From the human T2T-CHM13v2.0 reference genome, Homo sapiens: 64,000 bases of DNA. The position numbers and the translations under genes are program-made. Below are positions 12,438 through 27,497 of this stretch, in pieces (positions within the stretch are counted from its first letter, which is position 1; every line of letters starts with the position of its first letter). The notes below the pieces were generated by a model that did not search any database, had not been told where the DNA came from, and saw only the letters and a list, made by a program, of their open reading frames with translations. The DNA lies in assembly GCF_009914755.1 (NCBI RefSeq), contig NC_060932.1; one strand, 5' to 3'.

Positions 12438-12846
12438 ATGGCAAAGACAAAGAAATGGCAACTAAAACCCATTCTGTCCTTCCATGAATAAAATTTCAAG
12501 CTAAATGAAGACCGCATGTCACAGAATCTTTCTCCAATTTTTTATTAAGGTATAGTCATATTACTAGTTCTCACTAACAAAATGTGATCAAAGCTGATCT
12601 GTGCCACTTTAGGATCAAGGCTTTTAAAAGTTAGTTGGCCTCCTCTATGCCCTCTTCACTCTCCTGCCTATAGGATGTAAGAAAAATAAGGGTTTGAAAA
12701 AATTTAAAAGGTAGGTGGAGTCTGGGTTCCTGAATCATTTATTGGCAGAAAATTGGCCACCAACTAGAAACGCAGTTTGGTAACAGAGACATGAGGTATT
12801 TTTTTGGTTGTGTTTACAGCCACAGCCTAGCATATCTAACTAATAA
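12438..12846 (+). mobile_element. Old MaLR LTR (MLT1I/J-like)
   Basis: GGAGTCTGGGTTCCTGAATCA and terminal GTTTACAGCCACAGCCTAGCATATCTAACTAATA are typical of MLT1. Confidence 0.6.
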
Positions 12847-13533
12847 GACATCTCTCATCCGACAACTCGCCTAGGACCCCACCTCATCCACCATTTCCAT
12901 GGTTACACCCAAGACCTGACATTGCCAATAGCTGCACACTTTCTGTGAGCAATATTTCAAATATTCCTTTTTGATGCCAGTTGCATTGTTTTAGCTCCTT
13001 CCCGTTAGTGGTTACTTACCAAATTTTCAAAACACTATTCCATTGATGCTCACATTATTTTATGGTTCCTCATATCCATAATACCCTGATTTCTGATTTC
13101 TCTTCTTACATAGGTTAAATATAATAGAAAAGGATATACAGGCATATCTTGGAAATATTGTGGGTACAGTTCCAGACCACCACAATTCAGCAAAGATCAC
13201 AATAAAGTGAGTCACACAAATTTTCTGGTTTCCCAATGCTTACAGTATGCGTACAACATACTGTAAGTGTGCAATAGTATTATTTCTAAAAAAAAAAAAA
13301 AAAAGTACCTTAATTTTAAAATACTTTGTTGCTAAAAAATACAAACAATGACATAAGACTTCACTGAGTAATAATCTTTTTGCTAGTGGATGCTCTTGCC
13401 TCAGTGTTGATGGCTACTGACTGATCAGGATGATGTTTGCTGAAGGTTGGGGTGGTTGTGTCAATCTTTAAAAATGAGACAACAATGAAGTTTGCCACAT
13501 CTATTGACTCTTTCTTTCAAGGAAAATCTCTCA

Positions 13534-14104
<571 letters not shown>

Positions 14105-15472
14105 TCAAGTTTTGTCATGAGGTTACAGCAACTCAGTCGCATCATCAGGCTGCACTTCTAATTCTAGTTCTCTTGCTATTTCCATCACATCTGCAGTTAT
14201 TTCCTCCGCTGAAGTCTTGAACCTCACAAAGTCATCCACTGAGGGTTGGAATCAACTTCTTCCAAACTCCTATTAATGTTGATATTTTAATCTCCTCCCA
14301 TGAATCACCAATGTTCTTAATGGTTTCTAGAATGGTAAATTCTTTTCAAAAGCCTTTCAATTTACTCTGACCAAATCCATCAGAATCACCATACATATGG
14401 CAGCTATATCCTTACAAAGTGTATTTCAAAAATAAAAAGACTTGAAAGTTGAAATTACTCTTTCATCCATGAGCTACATAATAGATATTGTGTTGTCACT
14501 TACATAACAGCACACATTTCCTTGTACATCTCCATCTGAGCTCTTGGGTTACCAGGTGCATTGTTAATGAGCAGTAATATTTTGAAAGGAAGTTTTTTTT
14601 TTCCATAGTGGTCATAAAATAGTCAGTATACCATGCCGTAAACAGATGTGCTGACATCTAGGCTTTGTTGCTCCATTTATTGAGCACAGGCAGAATATCT
14701 GATTTAGCTTAATTCCTAAGGGCGATACGATTTTCAGAATCATAAATAAGCATCGGCTTCAGCTTATAATCACCAGCTGCACTAGCCCCTAACAAGAGAG
14801 TCAGGCTGTCCTTTGAAGTTTGGAAGACATAGGCTTCCAAAGTTTGAGAAGTTTGGAGAAGCATAGGCTTCTCCTCTGTAGCAATGAAAGTCCTAGATTG
14901 CATCTTCTTCCAAGAGAAGACTGTTTTGTCTACATTGAAATTCTGTTGGTGACTGTAGCCACTTTCATCAATGATCTTAGCTAGATCTTCTGGATAACTT
15001 GCTGCAGCTTCTTCATCAGCACTTACTCCTTAACCTTGCACCTTTATGTTATAGACATGTCTTCTTTCCTTAAAGCTTATGAACCAACCTCAGCTAGCTT
15101 CCAACTTTTTTACTGCAGCTTCCTTACCTCTCTCAGCCTTCATAGAATTTAAGAGTTAGGGCCTTGCTCTGGATTAGGCTTGGGCTTAAGAAAATGAAGT
15201 GACTGTTTTGATCTATCCAGACCACTGAAACTTTCTCAATATCAGCAATAAGGCTACTTTGCTTTATTATCATTCCTGTGTTCACTGGAATAGCACTTCT
15301 AATTTTCTTCAAGAACTTTTTCTTTGCATTCACAGCTTGGCTAACCAACTCATACAAGAGTTGTAGCTTAGCCTTCAACATGCCTTTCTCACTAAGCTTA
15401 ATCATTTCTAACTCTTGATTTAAAGTGAGGTATGTGTGACTTTTTCTTTCACTTGAACCCTTAGAGCCTATA
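14105..15472 (-). pseudogene. Disrupted Tigger1 pogo-like transposase (TIGD1-related)
   Basis: ORF fragments MIKLSEKGM...[21 protein letters not shown]...LIQSKALTL (CENP-B-like HTH region) and [10 protein letters not shown]...[21 protein letters not shown] (DDE region); frameshifts and stops. Confidence 0.9.
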
Positions 15473-15842
15473 TTGTATGGTTATTCATTGGCCTAATTTT
15501 ATTATTGGTGTGTGTCAGGGAATAGGGAGGCCTAAAGTGAGGGAGAGAGCTGAGGAAATGGCCAGTTGGTGGAGCAGTCAGAACTCACACATTTACTAAG
15601 TTTGCTGTCTTATATGGGTACAGTTCATGGTTCCCCAAAACAATTACAACAGTAGCATTAAAATTGCTGATCACAGGCCAACATACAGATAAAATAATAA
15701 TGAAAAAGTTTGAAATATTGTGAGAATTACCAAAATGTGACAAAGAGACACAAAGTGACCACACGCTGGCGGAAAAAAAAATGGTGCTGATAGAATTGCT
15801 CAACACAGGGTTGCAATAAACCTTCAATGTGTAAAAAACGCA

Positions 15843-16182
<340 letters not shown>

Positions 16183-17438
16183 CTATAGAGTGAAGTACAA
16201 TGAAACCAGGTCTGCCTGTACTCCAAATCCCTTGTCCCTGTCACTTGATCAGTTACTTGCTTAAACCACAACCCTGATTAAATTTGGTCCCCTCCAATAT
16301 TGTATCTCTGTACTGATAGAGCTGAATGGGGATGGGAAAAAAGCAGAGAACCATGATAACTGGTTTCTCCTAAATTCCCTGACACTAACTTCAGTTAAAC
16401 CCATAATGGTGACACAAAGTTTTTCTATATTTCTTAAATCATCTGTTCTCTCACTGCCTTTTATCTTCAAACGTACACCACCAAAAACTCATTCTCTGTA
16501 TGAGCTGGTGTTGTTTTGTGTCACTGAAAATACTGAGACCACCCCAAAAATCCTCCATAAGATCACTACCACTTAGAGTTTCAGCATCTGTGCACACATA
16601 CTTTGCCTTCTTTGTTCTACCTATGGATAAATTTCATCTTGTACTAGCCAAGGTCAAGATGTCTGCACTAGAATTCATTCCTCTCCCGCTTACACTCAGG
16701 AATATTCTTCTAGCAATTCTCCCTTTTTTCATGTCTGAAATTTTTGTCTCTAGTAACTCACTCTCCACAATAAATACTACTTCTCTTATCTTAGAATGTT
16801 ACATTTACCCCATTCCTCCTTCACTTACTATGTAAATTTTTATAGCAAAATGTGTACAAAGCATTTCATGTGCACAAAGAAAAATGTATACAAAGTTTTA
16901 TTTGTTGTCTCTCATTGTCTTCCCCCAGTGTGCTATTCACCCCAATCACAGTTTTGCCTCCCACTGCAGCTGTGCCCATCAACAAAACCCCTTGACATCA
17001 CTAAATCTAGTGGTCATTCTTTGCCATCTGCTTGCTTGACACAACAGCATGATAGAGTAATTGTGATTCTTGGAACCATTTTCTCCTCTAGGCTCTCAGG
17101 ACTCTATTCATCGTGGTCTTGTCCAACTTCTCTTTCTTGTCTCTCAGTGTTCTTTCCTGGTTCCTCTTCCTTCCCCTCACTTCCATTTGGTGTGTCCCAG
17201 TGTTTAGTCTTTAGACTCTTTTATTTCTTATCTATACTCTTGGGTGACTACCTCAATCAATTTCATGGCTTTGAAAAACATACACAATCTTTCACTTATT
17301 ACAATTTATATATTCTCTGAACTCTAGGCTCATCTATTCAGCTATTTGCTATCTTAATTTGGATGTCTCACAGCCATCTTAAGCTTTACATGTTCAAGAT
17401 TAATTCCTAATATTATCTTCCACCAAAAATCCACTGTT

Positions 17439-17580
17439 GCTGAGCATGGTGACACATGCCTGTAGTTTCAGCTACTTGGGAGGACGAGGCAGGAAAATTG
17501 TTTGAGCCCAGGAGTTTAGGGCTGCAGTAAGACTTTTACAAACAGAGTGACTCTGTTTCTGAAAAACAAATCAAATAAAA
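17439..17580 (+). mobile_element. Alu monomer (FLAM/FRAM or AluJ right arm), internally deleted
   Basis: GCTGAGCATGGTGACACATGCCTGTAGTTTCAGCTACTTGGGAGG...GAGCCCAGGAGTTTAGGGCTGCAGT plus A-rich tail. Confidence 0.85.
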
Positions 17581-18216
17581 TCATAGTGTTCTTCTTATAA
17601 TCTTAACTGTCTCAATAAAAGGCAAATGAGTTTTTCCAAATGTGAAAGCCAACTACTTTGGAGAGTCCCTTAACTACTTTTATTTACACTACAGCTGTAA
17701 ACCTCCAGCAAATCTTGCCAGCTCTACTTTTGACATATACCCAGAATCCAACTGCTTCTCACTTCTTACTGCTACTACTGCTGGGCCCTGGCCCCCCTCA
17801 CCTTCTATACAGATTCTTGTTGTACCTTTGGGTTGGTCTTCTCTAGATGCTGCCTTTGACCATTAACAAGCTTCCAGGATTAACTTTTTTAAATCTTTGG
17901 CAGAATGTTACCTTTTTTGCTTAAAATCCTATAGGGATTTTTATCTCACTTAGTGCAGAAGTCAGTTTTTTGTTTTGTTTTGTTTTGCTACAAGACACTA
18001 TTTGACCTCCAAATTTTGCCATTAACTCTTTGAACTCCTCTCCTATTGCTCATGTTCTGATCCTGAGCTCTTTATTTCAGCCACACAATTTCTGGAAGGC
18101 CTAGGCAAATCCCTGCTTCAGAGCCCTTGCAGCAGGAGTTACATTTTCCTGCCATCTTTACTCAAATGTGAGTGAGGCTTTTATTGGCTATCCTTGTCTC
18201 CTTTTCTTGTATATTC

Positions 18217-18741
18217 ATTATAGGCAGAATAAAAGATGGCCATATCCTAATCCCCCAAACCTGTGAATATGTTAGGTTACACGGCAAAGGGAAATTAAAG
18301 TTGTAAATAGAATTAAGGTTGCTAGTTAGTCGACTTTACAACAAGGACATCATCCTGGATTATCCCCGTGGGCTCCACAGAGTTCCAAGAGTACTTCGAA
18401 GTAGAAGAGCAAGGCAGAAGAGAACAGCCAGAGTGAAACGTGACTACGGAAGAAACACACAGAGACAGGCAGCTTTGCTAGTGTTGAAGATGCAGGAAGA
18501 AAGCCATGAGCCAACATGAATGTGGATGGTCCATAGAAGCAAGAAAAGGCCAAAAAAAGAACTTACCCCTAGAGCAACCTGATGGGAATGCAGCCCTGCC
18601 AATATCCTGATTTTAGCCCAGTGTGACCCATTACACACTGGGTCTATATGACCTTACACAACCAAAAGGTAGTAAGTTTCTGTTGTTTTAAACTCTTAAA
18701 TGTGTGGCAATTTGTTACAGCGGCAATAAAAAGCTAACACC
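18217..18741 (+). mobile_element. MLT1D-like MaLR solo LTR
   Basis: TAGGCAGAAT...CCTAATCCCCCAAACCTGTGAATATGTT...ATCCTGGATTATCC...AATTTGTTACAGCGGCAATA. Confidence 0.88.
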
Positions 18742-18997
18742 TACCTAAAGTTTAACCAACTTCTCAACATTCCTTTCCCTTCTCCGCTGTTTTATTTTTG
18801 CCATAGCATTAATTTCTTACTAATGTACATTATGGTTTGTTCATTTTTCTTATTAATGCTGTGTCTCATTGGAATGCAAGTTCCGTGAAGGCTGTAAGAA
18901 CAGATATTTTTGCCTTTTTTGCTGATCGCTGTATCCCCATCACCCACAAGTGTGCCTAGAGCATGATAAATATTTATTAAAATTGTTGAATGAATAC

Positions 18998-19002
<5 letters not shown>

Positions 19003-19053
<51 letters not shown>

Positions 19054-19073
19054 TGTGTGTGTGTGTGTGTGTG
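19003..19073. repeat. Compound microsatellite (AT)24 then (GT)n
   Basis: Direct read; sits at the L2 3' terminus. Confidence 0.97.
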
Positions 19074-21544
19074 CTGATTGGTTATATTTAATTTAGATTC
19101 TCTCCATTGCTTTATCTTGTGCTTGTTAAGGACCTTTCTTATTTACTTACTGAGTTATTCAGTAATTACAACTTCTGCCCTCCAGTAAATCATCTTGCAG
19201 ACCTGAGTTCTCACTTTCTTAACTCCAGTTTACTTGATCCTTCTCCCTATAATTCCATACAACATTTGAAGCAAAAATTGCCCTAAAAGCACTTTTTAAA
19301 ACACCTGCTCACTCAGAAAGTATATCAGGAACAGAGGCATTTAGTGATTGTTGATATGCACTTGTTAAACATTGCTGAGTGGTCAGCACTGTGAACATAA
19401 TGGATTACCTTGTAAAATCTTTTATGATATATTTAATCTTAATTTGTTTTTGATGAATAACAACAAAACATATTAATCTTATAATTAGCAATAAATGAAA
19501 AACATAAGTTTATATATTAATTTTGTAAAGTAATGACTATATATGTTGCAGAGACAAGAAGGTCATACATATACAGATGCCTTTATATGTTTTTACCCTA
19601 GAAAACTTAAAAAGATTCATCCATTTTCCTACCTAGATTTTATTTTGCTTTTGATCACTTTTCTTACCTTAATTTATATTTCAATATGGTATTTCATCTT
19701 CAATATTATACTTTTAAAAGTACTAGCTTCTAAGGAAAATAAAATCGAATTTACTCTTGAAATCACTTTTCATATGTATAATGTGATATCTACTTTACTC
19801 ATATTATGTTAGATAGTACGCAATAGTTTGGAGTGGCTGATTGCCCTGTTCATACTATTCCAAGCAATATCTAAAGACAAACGCACTGAACAAACTGAGT
19901 TAAACTTTATCTGCTGAAATTTGCAGCTTATTTAGTGGCTTATGAGAAGAAACACACACACAGATTGAATAGAAAAGGATTTTTCCCCATTAAAACATCC
20001 TTATGTATTCTGATTGTGATTACATGGAGGTCATTTTTCAAAATGCCAAATGGTTTCTTATCAGAATAAGAATGACACAAGCTGTGGTCTGACTTACGTG
20101 ACATTGAATCTCAAAATGAGTCAGTAAAGTAAATTAAAAAGTGAGAGTTTTGCAGCAAGTTAGCACTCCCTCCTGAATCCTGCCTTGTAGAGTGTCATGA
20201 TATATTGAACTATCAAGAGCATATTATACAAAACACACACACAGTTAGTATTTGCTCCAGAATTACGTTATTGTAAAATCAATGAGTTGACATCATGTAT
20301 GAAATTTTCCATGCAAGGCTTCAGGGAAAATTTTTTGTGGTCAAACTCAGCATTAGTCCATCCCACTGGGTAATTACAGCATTCAAAACTCATGCCGATT
20401 ATTACGGCCATTTATGTTCATAATAACATCTGTCAATCTTCCAGCTATATTTATCTTATGAAGGTAATAGTGCTGTCTCACGTAGAAATGAAGAATATGT
20501 TAATTAAAGCAAACTGAAATTCTTATTTCCCGTAATTTGAATGACTACCCAAAGAATTGGAAAATAAGTGATTAAAATAAAAACAGATATCTAAGATCTT
20601 AAAATAAAGTTTGCTCTAATTTTTAGATCATTTTAATTAGTTCTCAAATAGAGTCCAAACAAAATAGCATACCACTTCCTTTACTATGGTTTTGCAAATA
20701 CAGTTGTGATAATTGGTCAATATTGTTTGGCAAAGGACAATTTCATCTGAAAGTTTATGAGTTTGGCTTGTATTAGTTCTGTAAAGATTGGCTTTAATTC
20801 CAAAAATCACCTATAAGCCATTGACCAAATGCTTTCTGTTTTGTTTTGCAATATGAGTAATAATACTCATCATAGGGGTTTTAAAAAGCATCCTTAGAAA
20901 CCAGTTACCTTCATCCAAAGTTGTATTTAAATCTACAGGTGAAGAAACCTAAAGTAGGATGGTAAACTTCATCCACGACCCAAACTGGCAAATAAAGATA
21001 ACCCAAAATATTTTTTGTCAGCCAGCACAATGTTTTGTAGTAGTTGTTATGCCTGTTTCTGTTTTTTCCATGATGTGAGGATGAAATGAACAGAGTCTGA
21101 AAACATCTCTGTTTAGAAGCTTCATTCCACTTTGGATAATAATTCCCTCTAATAACTTTTTTTTTTAACTTTCTGCCTTCCTTACCAATTGGCTATTCAA
21201 TATCATATGGTACAGTTTACTTCAGAGCCAGAACTTTTCCTCAAATTGTTATTATAATTTTTACAACTAAAATGCAAAACATCTATTTGTGTTATTATTA
21301 ATCCAGATTTAATTTATTCATTTATTAAAGAATACTAAACAACCTGAGCACATAAATAAAATACACTTTTTAAAGGAGAGTGAAAAACAATCCTTTCATC
21401 ATGATTTTTATCTTCTGTATTCAATGGTTTGACCTGGCAGTTTGTCTGTTTGTTTGTTTATTCTTCAACCAATTTAAAAAAGAAAAACTATCCTGAGAAG
21501 GACATCTATATGCTATGAGCTAATTATCGCTGGTGCTTTTCTAA

Positions 21545-21820
21545 TCAGATGACGTAGCCAAGTCAAGTAAATGTTCTTGAATTTGTTAATCTATAGAACT
21601 AGATTGTAATACTATATGTTTCACAGGATTTTTGTTAAAATTAAGTGGAATAATTTGAGAAATGTTATACCCAACATCTGGCAAACAGTAGGCTGAGTAG
21701 GTTCAGGGAGCAGGTCAGTTTTGTTAATCTATCGATTACCTTCATGCTTAGGACAATGCCTGGGACACTGCAGGAACTCAATTATAATTGTTCATTGGAT
21801 CAGTGAATATATGAATAAAA
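21545..21820 (+). mobile_element. MIR fragment followed by an L2 3' end fragment
   Basis: TTTCACAGGATTTTTGTTAAAATTAAGTG (MIR core); CTTAGGACAATGCCTGGGACACTGCAGGAACTCAAT (L2/MIR tail). Confidence 0.55.
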
Positions 21821-22740
21821 CCTACTTTCTATTTTTGACATCTAATCAGGGTTTATTAGTGCAAAGACACAGAATTGGGGATGGAGATAAGTCAATGAAA
21901 ATGAAAGAAGAGTCATTATATAGAAATATCAAGAACAGTAAACATCCAGGTAGTTAAAGTAATATTTGTTTGGAGGACATACATAATTTAAAGAGAAATT
22001 CTGTCTTTAAACATTAGGTTTATGTATTACTAAAAATAGTAATTATCTATCTTTAAAAAATGTTGACTGCCTAACCTTCTAGAACATAGAGGGAGAACTG
22101 CAATTTTGTTTTCATTTTTAGTTTGTATGTGTTAACAAAATACTACTGCTAAAATGTCCTTCTCCACTGACTTTAACTGATATCCAGTAAATGTGTAATA
22201 CCAGCAATTGGAGTCAAACCTAGATTTAAAAGTGACATATGATTAGAAAAAGGGAAGTAGAGATACATATTAAATATAATAATCTGTCACCTAATACATA
22301 GAAAAAATAAAAAATACTTTTCATGGTAAGAAAAGGACCACTTCTCAGACAATGCTCCTTCCCTTATACTTAAAAACATCAGCAGTGATAGACGATCTTA
22401 AGAGGCTGTCTGTATTCACTTTCTAGTCATCCTGAAGGCCTTTTGTATGTTTCTTAAAATAGTTAATGAAGAATAGCCTTGAAAAATATTTTAGCAATAT
22501 CCACGGTCATAAGTTCAGAAATCAATTGTATCTAATGAAAAAAACCTGACAAGCTGGCTTAATATTCAATATATGAGCTTGTTTTCCCACTGGCTCACAT
22601 TTAAGGCATGTAAAATGTGCTTTTCAGGGAATGATATATTTGTGGAGTAAAGATGATACACTTTGCAAATATTCTTCGAGACAGATCATTCAAATGTATG
22701 TCCTGTTTAGAACTTTGCTGCAACCTGAGTGTGTGGATGC

Positions 22741-23105
22741 TGTTAAGGACTGAATATCTGTGTCCCCCTAAAATCATATGTTGAAATCTTAACCCTCATT
22801 GTAATGATATTAGGAGGTGGGGCCTTTGGAAGATGATTAGGTCATGAAGGCAGAGCCTCATAAGTGGAATTAACAACCTTATAAAAGAAACCCCAGAGAG
22901 CTCTCTTGCCTCTTTGCTTGCATGCTGAGTACACAGCAAGAAGACGGCCTCTATGAAACAGAAAGTGGACCCCTACCAGACAATGAATCTGCTGACACCT
23001 TGCTCTTGGACTTCCCAGCCTCCAGAACTGTGAGAAATAAATACTTGTTGCTTAACCCAGCCAACTTATGGTATTTCTGTTACAGCAGCCAAACTGACTG
23101 AGACA
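22741..23105 (+). mobile_element. MLT1A0-like MaLR solo LTR
   Basis: TG...CA termini, TTAGGAGGTGGGGCCTTTGG, GGACTTCCCAGCCTCCAGAACTGTGAGAAATAAA; perfect 5-bp TSD GATGC (22736-40 / 23106-10). Confidence 0.95.
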
Positions 23106-24411
23106 GATGCTGAGCTAGTCATTCCAATTTTTGATCACACAAAAAACCTAAAGCACATTTCCACGCCTGTTAAAATAGTTCCAGAAGTCATGATGATCAT
23201 TTCCAAGAAAAACTAGTCCAGACTATTTAAGTCTATATGGTATTTCTAAAGAGAGCATGTTAAACATTAATCATTTTTTTGAAGTTACTTTCTTCTTTTT
23301 CAGAATTGAGCTGGTCTTTATTTAAATCATTTATCTATTTATTACCACTAAAACTAAATTGACTTACCTTTTGAGAAACAGAAGCAGGGCCCAGAGAGAT
23401 TTCTTTCCTTGTTTTGCTTTCACTACCAATTTTCTTTTGCTACTAAAGTGTGCTGTTCACCTTCAAGAGCAGAGGGAGTAAGTTTTATGGACTCTTGCAC
23501 TCCTTTATATATGGCGGCAACCTGAGTAAATACAGTAAAGATGCAACTAGAAACCTCGCACTTTGGAAGATGACTTTAGTTTACAGAATCTGACTATCTA
23601 TAGCTCTTAAAACTCTTGGCAGTAAAAATTTATAGCATCAGGAACAATTTTCTGTACCCCAGCACTGAGTCCTGCTTCAGGAAGAACATTCTTCCATCTG
23701 TATGAAAAATTGTTGCTAAGAGAAAATATTTTTATACCGATACATGTCTTGTGTTTTTGCTCCTTATCTGATATTCTAGATTTTCTCTTAAAAGACATTT
23801 TCCTTTCTGTTACTTGGGATTTATCTAGATCTCAGTTAAATCACTTATAGCTAAAGGCACTTTTAGAGATTTATAAGGTTAAGGATTTTCGATGATGTAG
23901 ATATTGTATTCAGTTTCTAAAAGTTACTGTCCCTATAAGTCAAGTATATTAAGTCAAACTTTTAAAACAACCTGGTATTTATATTAAATAATACATCAGA
24001 ATAAATTCTGAAGATTTTGAAATAGACTATATATTTACATTCTGTATTTTGTAGTTGAATGTATCTTGTTTGGTTCTGGAGCAAAGTGAGACATAATCTT
24101 CCCTACATTAAGCATAAATGGCATTCTAAATTCAGAGCAAACTTATACATGTACTAGTAGCAGTCAAGGAAATATTCCCAACCATATTACACAAAAATTT
24201 GTATAAGCTTCAAGATTAATTATGGATTTCTGATATACAAAGCATGATGTATTTTTGAGTAAGAACACAGATGGAAGTTCCATTTTAGCTCAGTTTTACA
24301 TTTTTCAAATTTACTTTCTCTCTGATAGCTAACTTAACTTTTCAACAAACAAGCACTGATCGTAAACATGAAAATAGCTGGGAAAATTGATTACACTGAT
24401 CTCTGTGGAAC

Positions 24412-24946
24412 TAACAAAGACTCTCTCTTTGACCAAACTCCAGCCAGGCTCCTCTGGGCCTCCTGTTCCACTAGGCTTTAACTTTGGCCCACAAAGACTT
24501 CAACAAACACTAACATCATTTCTAACACCTCCAGGCCACATCCTTAAGATGACCCTAGGCCGCCTTATAGCACTTGTTTGAGAAAATTCAAGGCTGCCAA
24601 AAATTTTTCTATTTGTTTCATCCAACACCTGAGGACAGAGCTTCTGTCTCCCAGTCTCTCTGGGATGATAAATATCTCCTATAATCTCCAGCTAGCAAGC
24701 ACAGCTGGCCTGACCACAGTCACACTAACTAACCCTTTGTATTTTTTCACATCCTTGACTCTACCAAACTCATGCTCACCTCCTTTCCTGTTTACTCCCT
24801 TGTTCTCTCTTTAGAATTTCCTGTACCTCTGTACAAATCAAAGTTGAGTTCAGTCCACAATGGACCCTTTTTTTCTATTGCAATAATTATTACTGATTGA
24901 AATGAGTCCTTACCATTTTCACTAGTGTCTGGCTTTATCGTTGGCA
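24412..24946 (+). mobile_element. ERV1 solo LTR, MER67-like
   Basis: Starts TAACAAAGACTCTCTCTTTGACCAAACTCCAGCCAGGCTCCTCTG (MER67/MER31 5' end); GAGAAAATTCAAGGCTGCCAAAA. Confidence 0.8.
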
Positions 24947-25448
24947 AAATAATTTCTTTATGTAGGATCCAGCACAATGGGAGAAATGAGACAAATAGCT
25001 ACCCACAAAGATAATGTTTTTCAATACTGATTGTATCTAGATGCCATGAAACAATTGGCGTCACTTATGGGTTCACCCTTTCCAACCCTGGCAATCCATT
25101 TTACATTGCCCTGGCTCTGTCTGATTATTGACAGGGAGCTTTTCAAACTCCTGAGCCTCTGTTTGTGTTTCAGATGGAGTTTAAGTTAATTCAGCCTTCC
25201 TAACTTTCCACAAAAAATATCATAGCCTTATGTTTACACAAACCTACACACAGAGACATGTATGTACACACACATACACTTTCATGAAATACTTTACGAA
25301 TTAAGATGACCAGCACTCCTAGCCTTCCTATGGGCAAAGTCCAGAAGAAATCTCTCATATTGCATATAACAGCAACAATATTAATGGATAATGCATATTT
25401 TTCAGGAGAGGACAGAAAATCTGTGAATCATTAAGAAAGCAATGTTAC

Positions 25449-25774
<326 letters not shown>

Positions 25775-25951
25775 ACAGCTATGTTAGAAACATTGTGGTT
25801 TGGCACCACAATACATTGATTAAGAATAACAGATGTTGTCAAGAAGTTTATTTTTACCCTTATATTTATAAGATTAATTCAATGCCAATTGAAATTACTA
25901 GTGGGATTTACTTTTCAATTTAAAAAAAATGATGTCACAGTTTATTTACAA

Positions 25952-26159
25952 CACTGGTTCTTGAACAGGAACTATTTACCCCCAGGAGACACTGAACGAC
26001 GTCTAGAGACATTTTTAGTTGTCACAACCATGGTTATTCCTAATGGTATCAGGCTGGTAGAGGCCAGAGATCCTACTAAACATTCTCTACTAAATAGTGC
26101 CTACAAGAAAGAATTATCTGGTCCAAAATGTTAACAGTTGCCAAGGTTGAGGAATCTTG
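25952..26159 (+). mobile_element. MER20 (hAT-Charlie) non-autonomous DNA transposon
   Basis: GTCTAGAGACATTTTTAGTTGTCACAAC...GGTAGAGGCCAGAGATCCTACTAAACAT...AAAGAATTATCTGGTCCAAAATGT. Confidence 0.9.
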
Positions 26160-26914
26160 ATTAGAATATGAAGGTCATTAAAATGACAACACATTTTTTA
26201 ACAAAGAGTAAAAACATGATGCTCAAATCTAAAAATATTATATTGTTCTAATAATTGAGTGGTATTGATGTAAGAATTGACAGAAAATTCATTGAATAGT
26301 ATTGATAAAACTGAAACTAATACGTTGTAAACTAATGTAATCTGGTCCAATGTTTCTAGTTTGACTGCAAGTACCAGAAACCTTTTAAAAAACAATGCAT
26401 CTAGGGCATGATCAAACGAAAATAACAAAGATGTAAATAATAACTTGTGAACAGCAATACTAATAGTATTAACATAATAAAAGCAGAGGATGTCCCTAAA
26501 TAACCATACAAAATTCAAGGGGAGCATAGTCTTAAAAGTTTAAAAATAAATGAAATGCACCTTGCATCTATTTATACCTCCTTATTTTCAGTAATTCCTG
26601 ATCCTCTCACTTTCTTGTCCTCATGGCAAACAATAAGTATAATGAAGGACCAGGTGCCATGTCTGCCCAGGCTCTTCCCCAGAGAGTGCTATCTTTACTT
26701 AATCACTTACCCTCTGTACATCCTCCCATCTCCCTATCTACCTCTAATCCATTAATGTTGGACCATTTGCTAACTCTTCATGTATTAAGACCTTCCACAA
26801 AAAGCTTTTTATTTTATTTATTTATTTATCTGTATTTGACAGATAATAACTGTGTGTATTTATAAGGTAAAACATTATATTTTGATTCATGTATACATTG
26901 TAGAAAGTTTCAAC

Positions 26915-27497
26915 TGTTGGGAAAAGTGGAGTGTTTGGAGAAGCTGAGGCAGGGCTTGCGTGTCGACATAATATAAAAGAGTCTTGGAACATGTCCGGGG
27001 TCCAGGGTCTAAAATCCCTTGTGGCCTCTGGAACACCAAGCTCTGCGCTAAACAGTTGGAAGGCTACCCTGACACACCATAATCTAAGCCCAGGGCATAA
27101 AATCCCTTGCGGCTTGGATAGAATCCAGGGCTCGTAGTTCTGGAATGTGTCTAGACTTGCTGGCTCCCCGCTCTTTGCTCTCCCAGGATTGACTGTGTCT
27201 TGAGTTAAAAGAACCTGCTCTCCATTATCTCAAGTAGCAGAGCAAATGCTAAACCACCACAGCTGTAAATCATGTGCTTAATGCTATGTGCCCTTTTGAC
27301 CTCCACATTCTCACCACCTGTTTCTCTGTTGGATTACCAATAGATTGGGCTCCCAGAGCTCGCGGACTTTGCAGCTTTCATGATTGTGATGGCCCCCTGG
27401 TCCCACCTTTCTCTCTCAAACCGTCTTTTATCAATCTTTTGACTCCACCGAACTTCATCGCCCCCACGACCTGGTGTTGGGTCTGATCACCCCAACA
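26915..27497 (+). mobile_element. ERVK solo LTR, LTR14B-like (HERV-K14/HML-1 group)
   Basis: 583 bp; TGTTGGG...CCCAACA termini; GAAGCTGAGGCAGGGCTTGC; 6-bp TSD TTCAAC / TTCAGC. Confidence 0.88.

Noticed and set aside
16796-17320. 174-aa ORF
   Set aside because: Lies in pyrimidine-rich decayed L2; no recognisable domain or exon context.
17439-17580. Possible 7SL/BC200-like RNA gene
   Set aside because: Diverged, internally deleted Alu monomer with no S domain or BC200 unique 3' region.
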